Numbered from the stretch's first letter, positions 13,207-27,017 are shown. The stretch: DNA of 64,000 nucleotides from Azolla caroliniana (GCA_043228905.1 JBHGNT010000004.1:5146001-5210000), one strand, 5' to 3'. A program made the numbers and translations. Notes: generated from the letters alone by a model not told the origin.

Positions 13207-13548
13207 TCGGAATTTCTGCTGCTTAATATGTACTCAGATCCTTGGGAATTGAGAGAGGGTTTTTCAATGGGAAATTCCGCCCACTAACTCACTCTTATCG
13301 AATCAAAATGAGATGGAGAACAATATTAGTACAGGTTTCGGTGAATCCGATGGGAAGAGGTTTGTTTCACTTGACCTGTTGGGTCGGTGTGAGTACGACG
13401 ATGAGGAGAGAGAATAAGTTCCAAGCAATAATGTGGCGAATTTTCTGTGTAATGCCAAGAGGATTGAGGAATTGGACTAGAGACCAGAGAAGAATTTGGG
13501 AGATGCTGAATACTAAGTGTGTGTGTGGGTTCTTCAAGATTGGTTGCT

Positions 13549-13559
13549 CTTTAAATAGG
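13549..13559 (-). promoter_or_regulatory. Candidate TATA box of the dirigent-like gene
   Basis: CCTATTTAAAG on the - strand about 350 bp upstream of the ATG. Position only. Confidence 0.3.
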
Positions 13560-14645
13560 GATGGAGACTCAAAAGAAATGGGCCTTCTTTGCACCTTTCT
13601 CCCTCTCACTACTCATATGCACTCCATGATAGATATCACATGTTCCAATTCTTTTGCCCCCCCCTTTTTGTTGGCCTTTTCTTTAGAATTCAAAACCCGC
13701 AAACAAAAACTTGTCTTCAATGTGAATCACGTGCTCTCGCTCCTCTTGAAGGCTATCATCGTCACTATGTCTACCCATAGCTTGTGTGGTCACACGTTTT
13801 AAATATACATTCACTATATCTTTCGTGGGTTAATTGGGAGTCAAAAGCTAAACAAACCGTGTTTCACTCCATGAGACGTTGAATACTAAAAACACACTAT
13901 TCCGGACTCTTAGTGTGTGCTCACAAGGTCTTGCAAATAGGATCATGAGGCCCAACTTGAAGAAGTGCCATTAAAAATATCTGTGTCCATTACCATTGAC
14001 ATTGTCCTTTGTCACTAGATCACCACACCCATTGCAGATGTCTTCATCACTTGTGTACCTTGAATATTTTCTTCTTTGATATTCTCAACTACGCAAGCAA
14101 CAAATTTCATAAATTCATACACATGTTTGGCAAATCAAATGTTCCTGGACATTTAGCCTAACCGTACACGTGAAAGTTAAAAAAAAGGGTGCATATGCCA
14201 CAATGATGAGGGAATACAAAGGGAAGTCAAGACCTTTTTCTCATATGGTATATCGCATACCTACCTTTCCATTGGCAACAAATCCTAATGAATAAGACAC
14301 ATGCATAAACTTATGGCATGGTTCACAATTTATAGGGATTCAAGCTTGTGTCACATCATCCCTTGGGGAGCGAACACTATCATGGTATGATGTATCTATT
14401 CCATTCTAGGTTGGCTTGTGGCTAGTTCTTTCCCTCCACATCGGCCTTTCGTGCTTTAACTTTTTAATTGCCTTCATATAGCTAGAATTTCACATTTCAT
14501 TTGAAAAACACAAATATAGTTTGAAATGGTGCATAACAATGTTCTCTAAATTGAATCAATGGTAATATCATGGCTATGTTCATCTACCTATATTTTGACC
14601 TCTTGCACATCATTTATCCCCCACCCATTTATCTTATATTATTGT

Positions 14646-16637
14646 TAGCAATGGGCCCGATTTAGTTTCAATTTCGGTTTGGTTTCTTGGCCTTGAAACC
14701 AAACCAAACCACACCATTTATTAATAATAAAAACTAAACCAAGCTGTTTAAAATTTATAAAGCCATTTAAACCGAACAATTAAACCAAACCATTTAAAGA
14801 ATAGGAGAAACCAAACTGTTTACAACAAATTTAAAACCAAACCAAACCATTTTTTATTGATATTAATCATCATACTTATTATAAATTTATGTGAGAAAAT
14901 CATCATAAATTTTGTCATCATATCGATCATCATAAATGAAAAAGGAGACTCTACATATAATGCATATAAATCTAATAAGTTAAAACTAGAGTTTAAAATT
15001 AAAAGTTAAAAGTTAAAGCCTATAGGGAAAATTTTGAGTATTTTTTAACCTATAAACCTTTAAATCGAACCACTCATGTCTCAAGGATGAATCTAATCAA
15101 CTACTGGGATCATGTAAGGGGTTGTCATGGGGATACATTGTAGAAGGTCCAGGCAAAAGTATAGAATGTTGGCGACGGTTTATGTCAATGCCACTACAAG
15201 ATTAGGCGAACAAACTCCATGGAATCAGGGGCGGATGGACTATGAGATCGGAAATCATTAACACTCTACTGATTAGGGAATCTATTACTCAAAGGACGAT
15301 AATGGAGAAATGGATAGGCCACGAGGAGGAGGGTTCTCTGATCCCGAGAGGTAGAGGATCACCAGACAGACTCGAAGGCCCTGAACTGCGAGACACTGAG
15401 ACACCAACACAGAATAACGCCATTCGAGTACTCGCGTACATTAGTCATAAATGGATTGTAGATCCTGATTCGATCAAAGTACAACCCGAGTGGCATATGT
15501 GTACTCATGAGAACACATGGCTACGTAAGGTCAGTTGGGACCCTTTGCAATGGACATGGCGTGATCCCTACGTGGGGCAAGGAAGCAAACCCATCCCTTT
15601 CTTCCAATTTACAACTAGATTGGGTCGCCACATTCTAGCTTCTCAAGCCGCCCAAGAACCGGCTACTGCGAAGGTCTGGCACACATTTCAAGTTCCCTCT
15701 GCAATAATCACCAAGTTTTGGCAGAAAATCTGGAAGCAACAACACACGAGGCGAATTACCACTTTCCAATGGCTGTTAATACATAAGTCCCTACCGGTGG
15801 GAGCATGGCAACGTGGGAACCTTAGCTCTCCTAATTGTGTAGAGTGCCCACATGCAGTAGAATCCATACGACACGCTCTGTGGGACTGCCCAACGTCCCA
15901 TCGAATATGGCGGGGGGTTGGCCGCTTGTTGCAATTATGCCAGGTGCAAGGTTCACTCAAGTGGGGAAATATATGTTGGCTATCATGGCAGGCTGTAATT
16001 GGCCGATACGAGCATAAGGAGTAGGGGATGACTTTGGTGATAAAAGCACAAGAGGTCATTTTCTCCTCCAACGGCAATGTCCACTCTATTCCTCTTAATG
16101 ACAAATCTCAAGAGGTGTTGGAATTGGTCAGCCCAATAACCCTTTGGATTCTATGGAAACAACGATGTAGGCGAGTCTTCTCCAACCAAACCGCCCATCC
16201 AACAAGGTTACTGCAAGAGATATGGAGTGAACTTGTAGCCACTCTAAAGAGCCAATTTGATGGCCTTAAGGGCGGCTCCGAGGGAGTTGAAAGACAACGC
16301 ATAGTCTTCATCCAACAATGGTCGTCATCTCCCTTTCTTGAGTCAGTGGGCATTCACATAAGATGGAACTATCGCGTCCCTTTAGGGATTTGTACATAAT
16401 CGTCTCATTTGTAAAATTTTATAACTAATGGAAGGAGTTTTTTTTTTGGAAAAAAAAAAACCGAACCACTCAAATAGAAACCGATAAGCCGATAAACCGG
16501 TAAATTCAAAACTGAACCGAACCGATTAGTAACATTTGAAACCAAACCAAATCGTTTATTTATCTTCGAACCTATAAATCGTTAAGCCACAGTTTATCGG
16601 TTCGGTTCGATTTGAGCCGAAACCGGGCCCATTGCTA
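14646..16637. mobile_element. Non-autonomous hAT-type DNA transposon (MITE-like)
   Basis: TIRs TAGCAATGGGCCCG (14646) / CGGGCCCATTGCTA (to 16637), 8-bp TSD ATTATTGT/ATTACTGT, and many subterminal AACCG/AAACC repeats. Confidence 0.85.
15077..16457 (+). mobile_element. 5'-truncated L1-type LINE 3' end nested in the hAT element
   Basis: ORF2 C-terminal zinc-finger region (CVEC...ESIRHALWDCP), poly-A tail, TSD AAATCGAACCACTCA (15062) / AAACCGAACCACTCA (16458). Confidence 0.9.
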
Positions 16638-16893
16638 ATTACTGTTATGGTCTTCTTTCAAACCAGAATATTCTTGATTATCACATACACATACATATGT
16701 CACAAATATGCACACTTATACACATATGTAAATGAACAAATATATGTAAAACACATATACGAGCACAAGCTTCTCTTTATATTTAGTGAGATAAATAAAT
16801 ATATTGTCACCAAACCGACAAACTGTTTAAAAACCTTTTCACAACTCGGTTTAGGTTTGGGCCGAGTCGTTGCCGACTCCTACCCTCCACCTC

Positions 16894-19806
16894 TTTTTTC
16901 TTTTTTTTTCTTTTCCAAGAAAAAACTCCTTCCATTAGTTATAAAATTTTATAGATGAGATTAGTATATACAAATCCCTGTAGGGACATGATAGGTCCAT
17001 CTTATGTGGATGCCCACCGACTCAATAAAGGGGGAGGACGACCATTGTTGGATGAATGCTAGTCGTTGTCTTTCAACTCCATCAGAGTCACCCTTGAGGC
17101 CATCATATTGGCTCTTTAGTGTGGCTACCACTTCATTCTATATCTCTTGCATTAACACTATTGGCTGCACGGTTTGGTTGGAGAAGACCTGTCTACAATG
17201 TTGTTTCCATAGAATCCTAAGAGTTATTGGGCTAACCAATTCCAACACAACTTGAGATTTGGCATTGATAAGCGTTGAGTGGACATTGTCGATGGTGGAG
17301 AAAAAAACAATGTGCTTTTATAACCAAAGTCATCCCCTCTTCTTGATGCTCATATCTATCAACTAGGGCCTGCCATGATAGCCAACATACATTCCCCCAC
17401 TTGATTGAGCATTGCACCTGGCATAATTGCAAGAAGCGGCCAACCCAACCCCCCACCATATTTGATGGGACTCTAGGCAGTCCCATAGAGCGTGTCGTAT
17501 TGATTCTACTACAGTTGGACACGCTACACAATTAGGAGAGTTGAGGTTCCCACATTACCATGCACCAACTAGTAGTGACTCATGTATTAATAGCCATTGG
17601 AAAATGGTGATTTGCGTCCCATGTTGTTGTTTCCAGAGTTTCTGCCAAAACTTGGTGATAATTGTGTTAGGAACATGATATGTTTTCCAAACCTTTGCAT
17701 CAGCAAGATCTCGGGTAGATTGAGCGGCTATAATATGGCAACCCAGTGTAGTTGTGAACTGAAAGAAAGGGATAGGTTTGTTTCCTTGCCCCGCATAAGG
17801 GTCACACCATGTCCATTGCAAAGGGTCCCAACTGACCTTACGTAGCCATGTGTTTTCATGAGTACATATGTGCCAATCTGGTTGTACATTGATTGGATCA
17901 GGATCTACAATCCATTTATGCCCAGTATATGCTAGTACTCGAATTGCCTTACGTTGTGTTGATGCCTCATTGTCCTGCGGTTCAAAGCCTTCGATCCTAT
18001 CCGGTGTGTCCTTACCTCTTGGGAGCAAAGAGCCCTCCTCCTTGTAGGCTATCCATTTCTCCGTTGTTATCCTTTGATGAGCAGCTTCCCTAATCAGTAG
18101 AGCATTAATGATTTCAGATCTCATAGCCCATCCGCCTCTGATTCCATGGAGGATGTTGGCATGGTCTTGTATTGGCAATGATATAAACCGTCTCCAACAT
18201 TCTATACTTTTTCCTGGACCTTCCCACATTTATCCCCATGACATCCCCTTACTTGATCCAATTAGTTTATTAGATTCATCCCTAATACATGGGTTCGAAA
18301 GGATACGTTGACTGAGCCAAGCATGTTCGGAATTGGGTTGATTGCACTTGAGTCCTCGTCTAATGTCACACCATGCCTTCCACATGGATGCAATAAATCT
18401 ATCCTCTAGTTGGCAGGAGAAACTAGGTTTGAGATCCATGTCTAGAATCCATCTAGTTTGGGGGGCCCAATTGGTCCCTTTTCGTGGCCTAAAGTAAGTG
18501 AATTGTAACCGCAATAACATTTTCCAGCAATCATTCCTTGGTTGGAGTCCTCGCACCACAAATTTGGCGAGTAGGGCTTTTGATTGTGAGAGGGGATCAA
18601 TAAGACCCAATCCTCCTCTCGACTTACGTGATGTGAGTATAGTCCACGCCACCTTGGCCCGAGTTGCATGATCTTCCTTACCATACCAAATGTAGTTGCG
18701 TACCAATCATTGAATCTGGTGTATACTTTCCTTGGAGATTGTCTAGCATGATAGGTTGTACCATGTTGTCCTGAGTAATACCTGGTTTGCCACTATGATG
18801 CGCCCCGCTAGCGAGAGTTTTTTCGAACTCCAATGTATTAACTTTTGTCGTATGGAGTGAATAACTGGTGTAATCATAATCTCCGGAGGTATGTTGAACC
18901 CAATTTGGAAACCCAAATATTTGGTGTTCTCACCTTGATTGATCCACTTGAAAGCGGGATCTGGGTGCCACGCAGGATGTGCATCATGAGAGAGCCATAT
19001 TGCACAGGATTTGTGCCAATTGATCATGGCATTGGATTGCTTGCAAACTACGTCTAGACCACTTTCTAGCTTTTGTAAATTTTCCAAGTCGCCTTGCAAG
19101 TAGACCGCGGTATCATCTGCCAATTCTATATCTAGGAGGCTTTGGTGAGAATGCAACACACGAAGACCACGTAGGCTTAGATGTAGCGAGTTGAGAAAGC
19201 TACAGAGTGCTTCGGCGTATAATAGAAATAAGGATGGGGCCAATGGGTAGCCCTGTCGTACAGACCGCGATATTCGGAAGAAAGGGCCCCTTTCACCAGC
19301 TAGTGAAACACAACTGGTGGTGTTCCTATAAAGTCCTGCAATTCCTTTGATCCATGATTCGTGAAAGCCGAGTTTCCCCATCACACTTTCTAGAAATTTC
19401 CAGCATACCCTATCATATGCTTTCTCAAAATCTAGGAGCACCACAACTACCTTGTTGTTGGTATGCTTAGCAAGGGCTACTGCTTCCCAAAATGAGAAGA
19501 GATTGTCTAGGATGCTCCAATTTCTAACAAAACCTGTCAGGGACAGATGAATGAGTTGAGCGAGAAGTGGTGCTAAGCGGCGTGCCACGATTTTTGCAAG
19601 CAACTTAATAGACAATATTGAGGAGAGTTATAGGCCGCCACTTACTACTGTCATTGGCACTTCCACCACTTTTAGGAATGAGATGTATCATCCCCCGTCC
19701 AAATTCCTTTGGCATGTTTCTAGAGGTGATGATCTCCTCATATGCCTAGAGAAGATCTTCTTTAATAGTGTCCCAAAGGCACGTGAAAAACTGAGGGTGA
19801 GGCCAC
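16894..19806 (-). mobile_element. 5'-truncated degenerate L1-type LINE, same family as 15077-16457
   Basis: RT 19615-18743 (LDFEKAYDRV, RQGYPLAP, LADD). The 18229-17000 segment aligns with the + copy (MRSEIIN..., WLRKVSWDPLQWTW). Poly-T at 16894-16914. Confidence 0.9.
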
Positions 19807-19960
19807 CCTCCTCTTATCTCATAAAAACACAAAATTGTTTTAATAAATATGTGTAAAAACACTACAATGGTACCATGAATTATTGGTGTCATGGATACAT
19901 TTGTAGTTTCTCAATTCTAACACAATCCCCAATATCCGAGAAAAGGAAAACAATCTCCAT

Positions 19961-19991
<31 letters not shown>

Positions 19992-20159
19992 TTGGTAAAA
20001 GCACACAATTATATTAATTGTATGTAAAATCCACTTCGTTACAACACTTTTTAGTCTCCTCTACCTATCATATGCCTATGTAGGGAGAGGGACGTTATGC
20101 AATGTTATTAAAAAACTTGAATATGCATTTGAGGAAATGATCCCCACATGCTCTAACAT

Positions 20160-21110
20160 CTAAAAATTCCACATAAGAATACCTTTAAGCTTCTTTATAT
20201 AGGCTTTCACCCCATGTCTATTATCAAACATGAAAGCATTACGCATATTCCAATTGTGTTGTAAAAACTGGAACAATATCTCCATCTCATCATTTGAAAT
20301 ATTTTGAACATATTGAGAAAAAACCCATTGTTGAGGTCTCAAACAAAAATGGGTTAAAACTTGCCAAATGTTCGATAAGCACTTCCAAATGGTACATGCT
20401 ATAGGACATTTAATAAACCTATGTGTACTATCCTCCAATGGAATGGTGCAAAAGAAACAAGTGTCAGATCCTAGTCCTCGTGTCTTTACGTTTGAACCTA
20501 ACGGGAACCCACCAATCAGACTCTCCATATGAATACCTTTGCATGAAATGGTAGATGGGAATGGCAATTGTAATATTTTCCACCACCTTGCATTTGACTT
20601 ACATACATTCCACAACTTCGTTGCTTTAGGAGATAGCCAAGATAATGATGCCATCGGACGATGATACAATATATTTGTAGTGACTTGTAACACGCGTGCA
20701 CCATCTTGTAACCGCCAATCCACCCAAGGTGCAAAATTTGTTTTCAATGGCAATGATCCTTGCAACAATGGTATATCTTGTAATTTCTCCCTAATAAATC
20801 CATAATTTGGAGGAATATATAACCATCGCTTGGCATCTTCAAAATCCGACAACCTTTGAGATTCATTATCAACCACATCTTCCAAATATACAATCCCCAA
20901 TCGAAATAAACGATTGAATTGAGATCTCCACTCTCTTTCCCATGCCAAAACAACACTCGAGAAGAAACAAGCAATTCATTTTGTAATGAATTGCAATATT
21001 CTTGATCACTTGATGGTCCCCATTCAAAAAGAGAAAATGAATCTTGCCATGATCTTACCAAATGTTGTCCATATATAGAATGTCGAATGTTTAGAGGAAT
21101 ACTTCCATTG
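20160..21110 (-). mobile_element. LINE ORF2 C-terminal fragment, different family
   Basis: CFFCTIPLEDSTHRFIKCP zinc-finger-like motif in ORF 20160-20948. Lies near (CT)n tracts at about 19965 and 21115-21150. Confidence 0.7.
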
Positions 21111-21112
21111 AG

Positions 21113-21155
<43 letters not shown>

Positions 21156-21289
21156 AGATAGAATGAATGTGCTTCTTGTTGCTTAGAGATGGGAAAGAGA
21201 ACACGTGCAATCATGGAGAAATGAATTGTTGAATCCTCAAGATATACATTTTGACACTTTGATCATACCGGTGCTTCTCTATGAGGTTT

Positions 21290-21415
21290 GTGGACCCCCG
21301 TGGTTTTTCCCATTTCGGGTTTCCACGTTAAGATTGTGTGATTCTGTCTCTTGTGCTATTTCTGTTTTCGTACTCTGTCTGAGTGCATTCTACTTTACGT
21401 TCCCTGCACCCGAAC
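21290..21415 (+). mobile_element. Copia-type LTR fragment (R/U5)
   Basis: CCCGTGGTTTTTCCCATTTCGGGTTTCCACGTTA matches the motif in the copia-1 LTR at about 32677. Confidence 0.55.
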
Positions 21416-22309
21416 ATCCGAACGATAAGCCGATTGTGGCCGGTCACGATTCTCGACATGTCCGATTGTGGATGAATTTGCGGAAGCGTTTTTCGGACGT
21501 GCGATATACTCCATCGGAGAGCTATATTCTGGCTATGACCAATTCCAATTAGCCGTGGAGAGCTGAGATATCACTACAATGCAAACACTGATAGGATTAG
21601 TCTGGATGTGTACGCTACCACAAGGAGCAACGAACTTGGTCGCACATATGATGAATGCGATGAACAAGGTGCTCCGAGACTGCATCTTGGAGATAACAAT
21701 GTCATTCCTAGATGACATTCCAATGAAAGGATGTGCGGTGGAAGAAAAGGATGAGAATATGGATGATTGGGGATGTCGTAAGTTCGTAGTTGACCATATT
21801 CGCGACTTTGCGAAAGTGCTACAGAAGTTAGAAGATGTGCATTTAACACTCTCCGAAGAGAAATCGGCATTTGGACAAGAAGAGATATTGGTAGTCAGAC
21901 ATTTATGTGGGCCCTATGGCCGAAGACTGCCACTAGTCAAGATCGATGTGATTCAAGCTATGAAAGAAATATGTGAGTCACAATCCGAAGTCCATAGATT
22001 TCTTGGTGTGTGTGCATTTTATCACGTATGGATTCCACACTATGCACACATTGCAAACCCACTCTATCACTTGTTGCGGAACGGTAAGAAGTTCGAATGG
22101 AGACCGGAACATACCAAAGTCATGAAGAAGCTCAAGAAAACACTACGGAGGGCAGAAGCACTTAAGAAATCGAACTATGACCGACCAATCATAGTAACGG
22201 TTGATACAAGTCCAACCGGGATCGGATGGGTCATCAACCAAGTCGACTCAGATGGTTCACGATAACCGATTCAATTCGGAGCAAAGGTTATCAACAAAAA
22301 GCAATGGGG

Positions 22310-25194
22310 TGTCGTGAGGATTTTCGGCCATGGTGAGAAAACCAAGTGGGATGGATAAAATGGGGATGTGCAATATTGCACATGCACTTAGAAGATTTGT
22401 AAAAGAAACAAATGTAAAAAAAGAAGCGTAAATGTAAGGTGTTAAAAATGCACTACGAAATTTCATAAAGTGTAGATGTGATGTGCACTTATGTGCACAT
22501 GCACATGTAGACTAAATAAAGGGAGAGTACATGAAGTACAGGTGTAGTGAGTAGTGGGCATAGTGTGTGTATCAGGAGACTCGGGAGTTAAGGCTCCATC
22601 AATCTCTCCTCCTAAGATCAAGGCCAAATATTCCCCCATTGAAAGAAGAGGGGTTTGTCCTCTTCTTTATGTAATGTGCCTCACCCCTTACTACTATAAA
22701 AGGGAGTGAGGGGCCATTTTTTAGGGGTTTCCACATTTTTTGGGTTTCTTTGGGTTTTCATTAGGGTTTTGGAATTTTGGGTTTTAGGATCTCCTTTTAG
22801 GGGTTTCATTCATCTTCTTCTTCTTTTCCCCTATCTAGTTAGGGTTTCATGTAGAGGGTTTACATTCGGCCTACACGGCCACGATTGTAATTGGTGTGGT
22901 GCTTTCCATAATGTATCTTGTCTTGTTTAGATCTTATTCTCTTGAATCTTAATCTCTCGTATCTTAATCTTTCTCTTCCTTCTAGGTTGAACTCCCAAGC
23001 TTCTCTCCCTCCTCTTACTCCCTAGTCCAAGACCCCCGTGGCCTCGTCCTATCCGACACGCACGCGCGGATTTCCGCGACATTTGGTGAACCCAACGTGA
23101 AGGGCAGCAAGGGAGGACGAGGATGGAAGCTTCATTGGAGGCATACGGGTACAAGAAACCGGAGGGGAGAAGTCGGCATGAGTTTGATCGATGGGTGGCA
23201 TCGGTGAAGGCCCATCAAAGTGTGATGGAAGCATTCCAAGAGTTTGAGCGTTGTTTTGCTCAACGCTCGGAGCATAATCGGAGATCGGTGGGGGTGGACA
23301 AAGTTCTCCTATTTTTGAAGACGGTCCATTGGGAGGAAAGGATGGACATTTTATTCGAGCTCGAAGATGATCATGGAGCACATGGCCTCATCGATGATTG
23401 GTCTGAAGTGGAGTGGTTATGTCGGCAACACGATGAGAAGCGATTGGCCACAACGCGGCCCGCGAGCGGCAGAGAAGAGAGGGTGGTGAGTGACTACGCA
23501 CTATCGCCGGAAGAGAGCTCAACGCGTAATGGTTTGGAGGAGTTCGACCTAGAAGCATTGATACGGGAGGCGTACGAGATTGTGAAGTGAAAGATCGAAG
23601 CCGAAGTTTCGGGACACGGTTGCCCGAAACATTGAGCGGGGAGGAAGCAAGCATAATCGAGGCTTGCGCGATCGAGGACGGGGTAGTCACGGACAACGAT
23701 GTCCGGATGGAGGTGGCTATGGACATGACGAGCGGTGGTGTCAGAACCTTGCTCACACCGGTTCTTGAGACTTTGACGGTCGTCCATGAGGGCCCACGTG
23801 ATACCCGAGAGACAGGCAGTGGCGGCGGCAAGGCGGGCAACCAAGATGACGACAAGGCGAAGGAAGAAGATTGGACCGGACGGAGGCGAGACCCGTCGAT
23901 ATTGGTGCGGAGGCTACGACAGTTGTGCCCAAGTGCCAACATAAGACCGAAGAGACGGCGGGTGGCGGCGAGGACTTGGAAATCGAAGCGGATGATGATG
24001 CCGAAGCATGTATCTAGTCCAGAATGATGACAACGAAGGGGGGAGAGTCCGACGCAGAGGTCGGGACTACGGTGAGTGAAGGGCGAAAAATGAAACATGC
24101 ACTATGGCCGCTCAAGGGCCAAGAAATAAGCATGCACCCATACAACCAACTGGGGAGGAAGGTGCGAACATCGTATATGGTGGATCAGATGGAGTCGATG
24201 GTGCGGGGATATGTGGCAGACACGGTGGATCAGGAGGCTACGTTGGTTCGTATGGGAAGGATGGGCATGCTCGAAATGGAAGACGAAGTCGGGCAACGCC
24301 AACGAGGAAGCGGCGGAACTTGGTTAATCACCATTGCAGAAAATCTCACCTCTTTCCCTTTCTTGGCACATACAAGTGGATGTGCGGTTTGGTGGGGGTG
24401 GATGTCGTGAGGGTTTTCGGCCATGGTGAGAAAACCAAGTGGGATGGATAAAATGGGGATGTGCAACATTACACATGCACTTAGAAGGTTTGTAAAAGAA
24501 ACAAATGTAAAAAAAGAAGGGTAAATGTAAGGTGTTAAAAGTGCACTACGAAAATTCATAAAGTGTAAATGTGATGTGCACTTATGTGCACATGCACATG
24601 TAGACTAAAGGGAAAGTACATGAAGTACGGGTGTAGTGAGTAGTGGGCATAGTGTGTGTGTGAGGAGAGGGAGTTAAGGTTCCATCAATCTCTCCTCCTA
24701 AGATCAAGGCCAAATATTCGCCCATTGAAAGAAGGGGGGTTTGACCTCTTCTTTATGTAATGTGCCTCACCCCTTACTATTATAAAAGGGAGTGAGGGGC
24801 TATTTTTTAGGGGTTTCCACTTTTTTTGGGTTTCTTTGGGTTGCCATTAGGGTTTCGGAATTTTGGGTTTTAGGATCTCGTTTTAGGGGTTTCATTCGTC
24901 TTCTTCTTCTTCTTCTTCTTCTTCTTCTTCTTCTTCTTTTCCCCTATCTAGTTAGGCTTTCATCTAGAGGGTTTACATTCGGCCTATATGGCCACGGTTG
25001 TAATTGGTGTGGTGCTTTCCATAATGTATCTTGTCTTGTTTAGATCTTATTCTCTTGAATCTTAATCTCTTGAATCTTAATTTTTCTCTTCCTTCTCGGT
25101 TGAACTCCCAAGCTTCTCTCCCTCCTCTTACTCCCTAGTCCAAGACCCCCGTGGTCCCGTCCTATCCGACACGCACGTGCGGATTTCCGCGACA
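22310..25194 (+). mobile_element. Non-autonomous LTR retrotransposon (tRNA-Trp PBS) nested in the RNase H of the decayed gypsy
   Basis: LTRs 22310-23081 and 24403-25194 (TGTCG...CGACA), PBS TGGTGAACCCAACGTGAA 23084-23101, PPT GGTGGGGGTGGA. The internal 1.3 kb has only a gag remnant (23123-23590). Host frame KQ(W)GYAQVKRELWG is restored by removing the element plus 4 bp. Confidence 0.9.
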
Positions 25195-27017
25195 GCAGAT
25201 ATGCTCAAGTTAAAAGAGAATTATGGGGAATCGTGTCGGCAATAAAATCGGATTGAGGTTATTTGATCGGAGCCGAAATAGTGATCGAAACGGATTGTCT
25301 TCCGATACTTAGGATGATGCGATGTTGCACGATACCGGATGTGGCTATGCTAAGATGGATTGCATATTGTAAAGTCACTTAATCTGGAGGTTCAACACAT
25401 CTGGGAAAAAGACAATGTGGTAGCGGATATGTTATCAAGGGCCCGGTTCTAAGATGACATAGTCAAATTGGATAATGAAGAAGTTTCCGAAGACTACTTT
25501 ACTTTGGAGCACATATGCCGGGTGAACATGATTCGGGAGTTCCAGGAAGATGAATATGAGGGAGAAAGCTTACTAATTGGGAAAGTGCTACAAGAAATCG
25601 AGGAATCATCGGACAATAAAGAAAAGAGAGCCGAGATCCGAAGGAAGAAACGACAAGTCCGAAAGTTCTTCTTGAACAATGGATTAATTTGGAGGGAGCC
25701 GAAAAGACCGGATGGTATACCACTCCGGGTAGTCGGCACAAAGCAACAACAGAAACAGGTAATAACTGAATTTCACGAATCCGATTGGGCTGGACATCAG
25801 GGAACATGGGCAACATTTGCATAGATCAAGCAAAAATATTGGTGGAAGAATATGTTCAAGGATGTAGCGGAGTTCACCGAAAGCTGCGAGAAATGTCAAA
25901 TCTACTCCGGAGTTCAACACCGGGACGAATTACATACGACATTCTCACGGACAATCAACCTTAAATGGATGGTCGACATCGTGGCCATGCCAACCAGGAT
26001 CGGACAAAAGAAGTACTTGTAGCTAGCTCGGGAGGATCTGACGAACCAACTAGAAGGTCGGGCGCTACGTAGAAAAACATGTTCTGTAGTGTGCCAATTT
26101 CTCCTGGAAGAAGTGTTCTGTAGGTACGGGTGCGTAGGACAAGTGATTGCGGATCGAGGAGAACTTGACTATGATAAAGCTAGGGAATTCTTTGCTAAAC
26201 ATGGAGTACCGCTGACACTAATCACAACATACAACCCAGAAGCAAACGGGAAGATCGAATGAGGACATAGTCCAATCGTGAAAGCACTTGCTAAAGCGTG
26301 CGACGCCACAGATGCTTCCTATGCACTATGGGCGGATCGCACAACGCATAGTTCCGTGACTGGATATATGCCAACAGAACTTATGACCGGACAAGCTCCG
26401 GTAATGCCTACGAAAATCGCAATTGCAACATGGACAATGCTACCATGGAAGGAAGAGATGATTCGGGAAGAACCACTAGCGGTCCGGATACGACAGCTAG
26501 AAGGAAGACCAGAAGACGTAGTGGAAACAATGCACTAACAACAAGAAGCGCAATTTCGAAACAAACGTCGATTCAATAAAAAGCACCGACTTCAACCGTA
26601 GAAGATTGAAGAAGGGGATTGGGTGATAGCCTACGATAGTAGTCTGGATCATCAACACAACTCAATACGGAAATTTTCTAAAAGGTGGTTCGAAACATAC
26701 GAAGTTCGAAAAACATTTGACAACGGAACTTACCGGCTAAGTGAGCTAGATGGCACAATTCTTCGAGTGCCTATAGTGGGCAAGCGGGTGAAGATTTTCA
26801 AGAAGCCAATTGACGATGAACCCTACGTAGTCTTAAACAAACCTGACACAAAGGAGCAATCGGATAACAATCATGAAGGTGCAGAAAGCGAGGAAAGTGA
26901 GTTTGATTTAATAATCGACATAGGGGAAGAGACAAAGGGTGCTTCGGATGAAGAAGAGTAACAAGTACCGGAAACTTCGGCACATATCGGAGGATGTGCA
27001 AGTTCAGAGGGGGTGAG

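Noticed and set aside
13242-13802. 186-aa ORF divergent from the dirigent gene
   Set aside because: Non-ATG start, no motifs, and overlaps the presumed promoter/5' UTR.
16880-19815. TSD for the minus-strand LINE (ACCCTCC on both sides)
   Set aside because: Short, low-complexity and not flush with the poly-A end.
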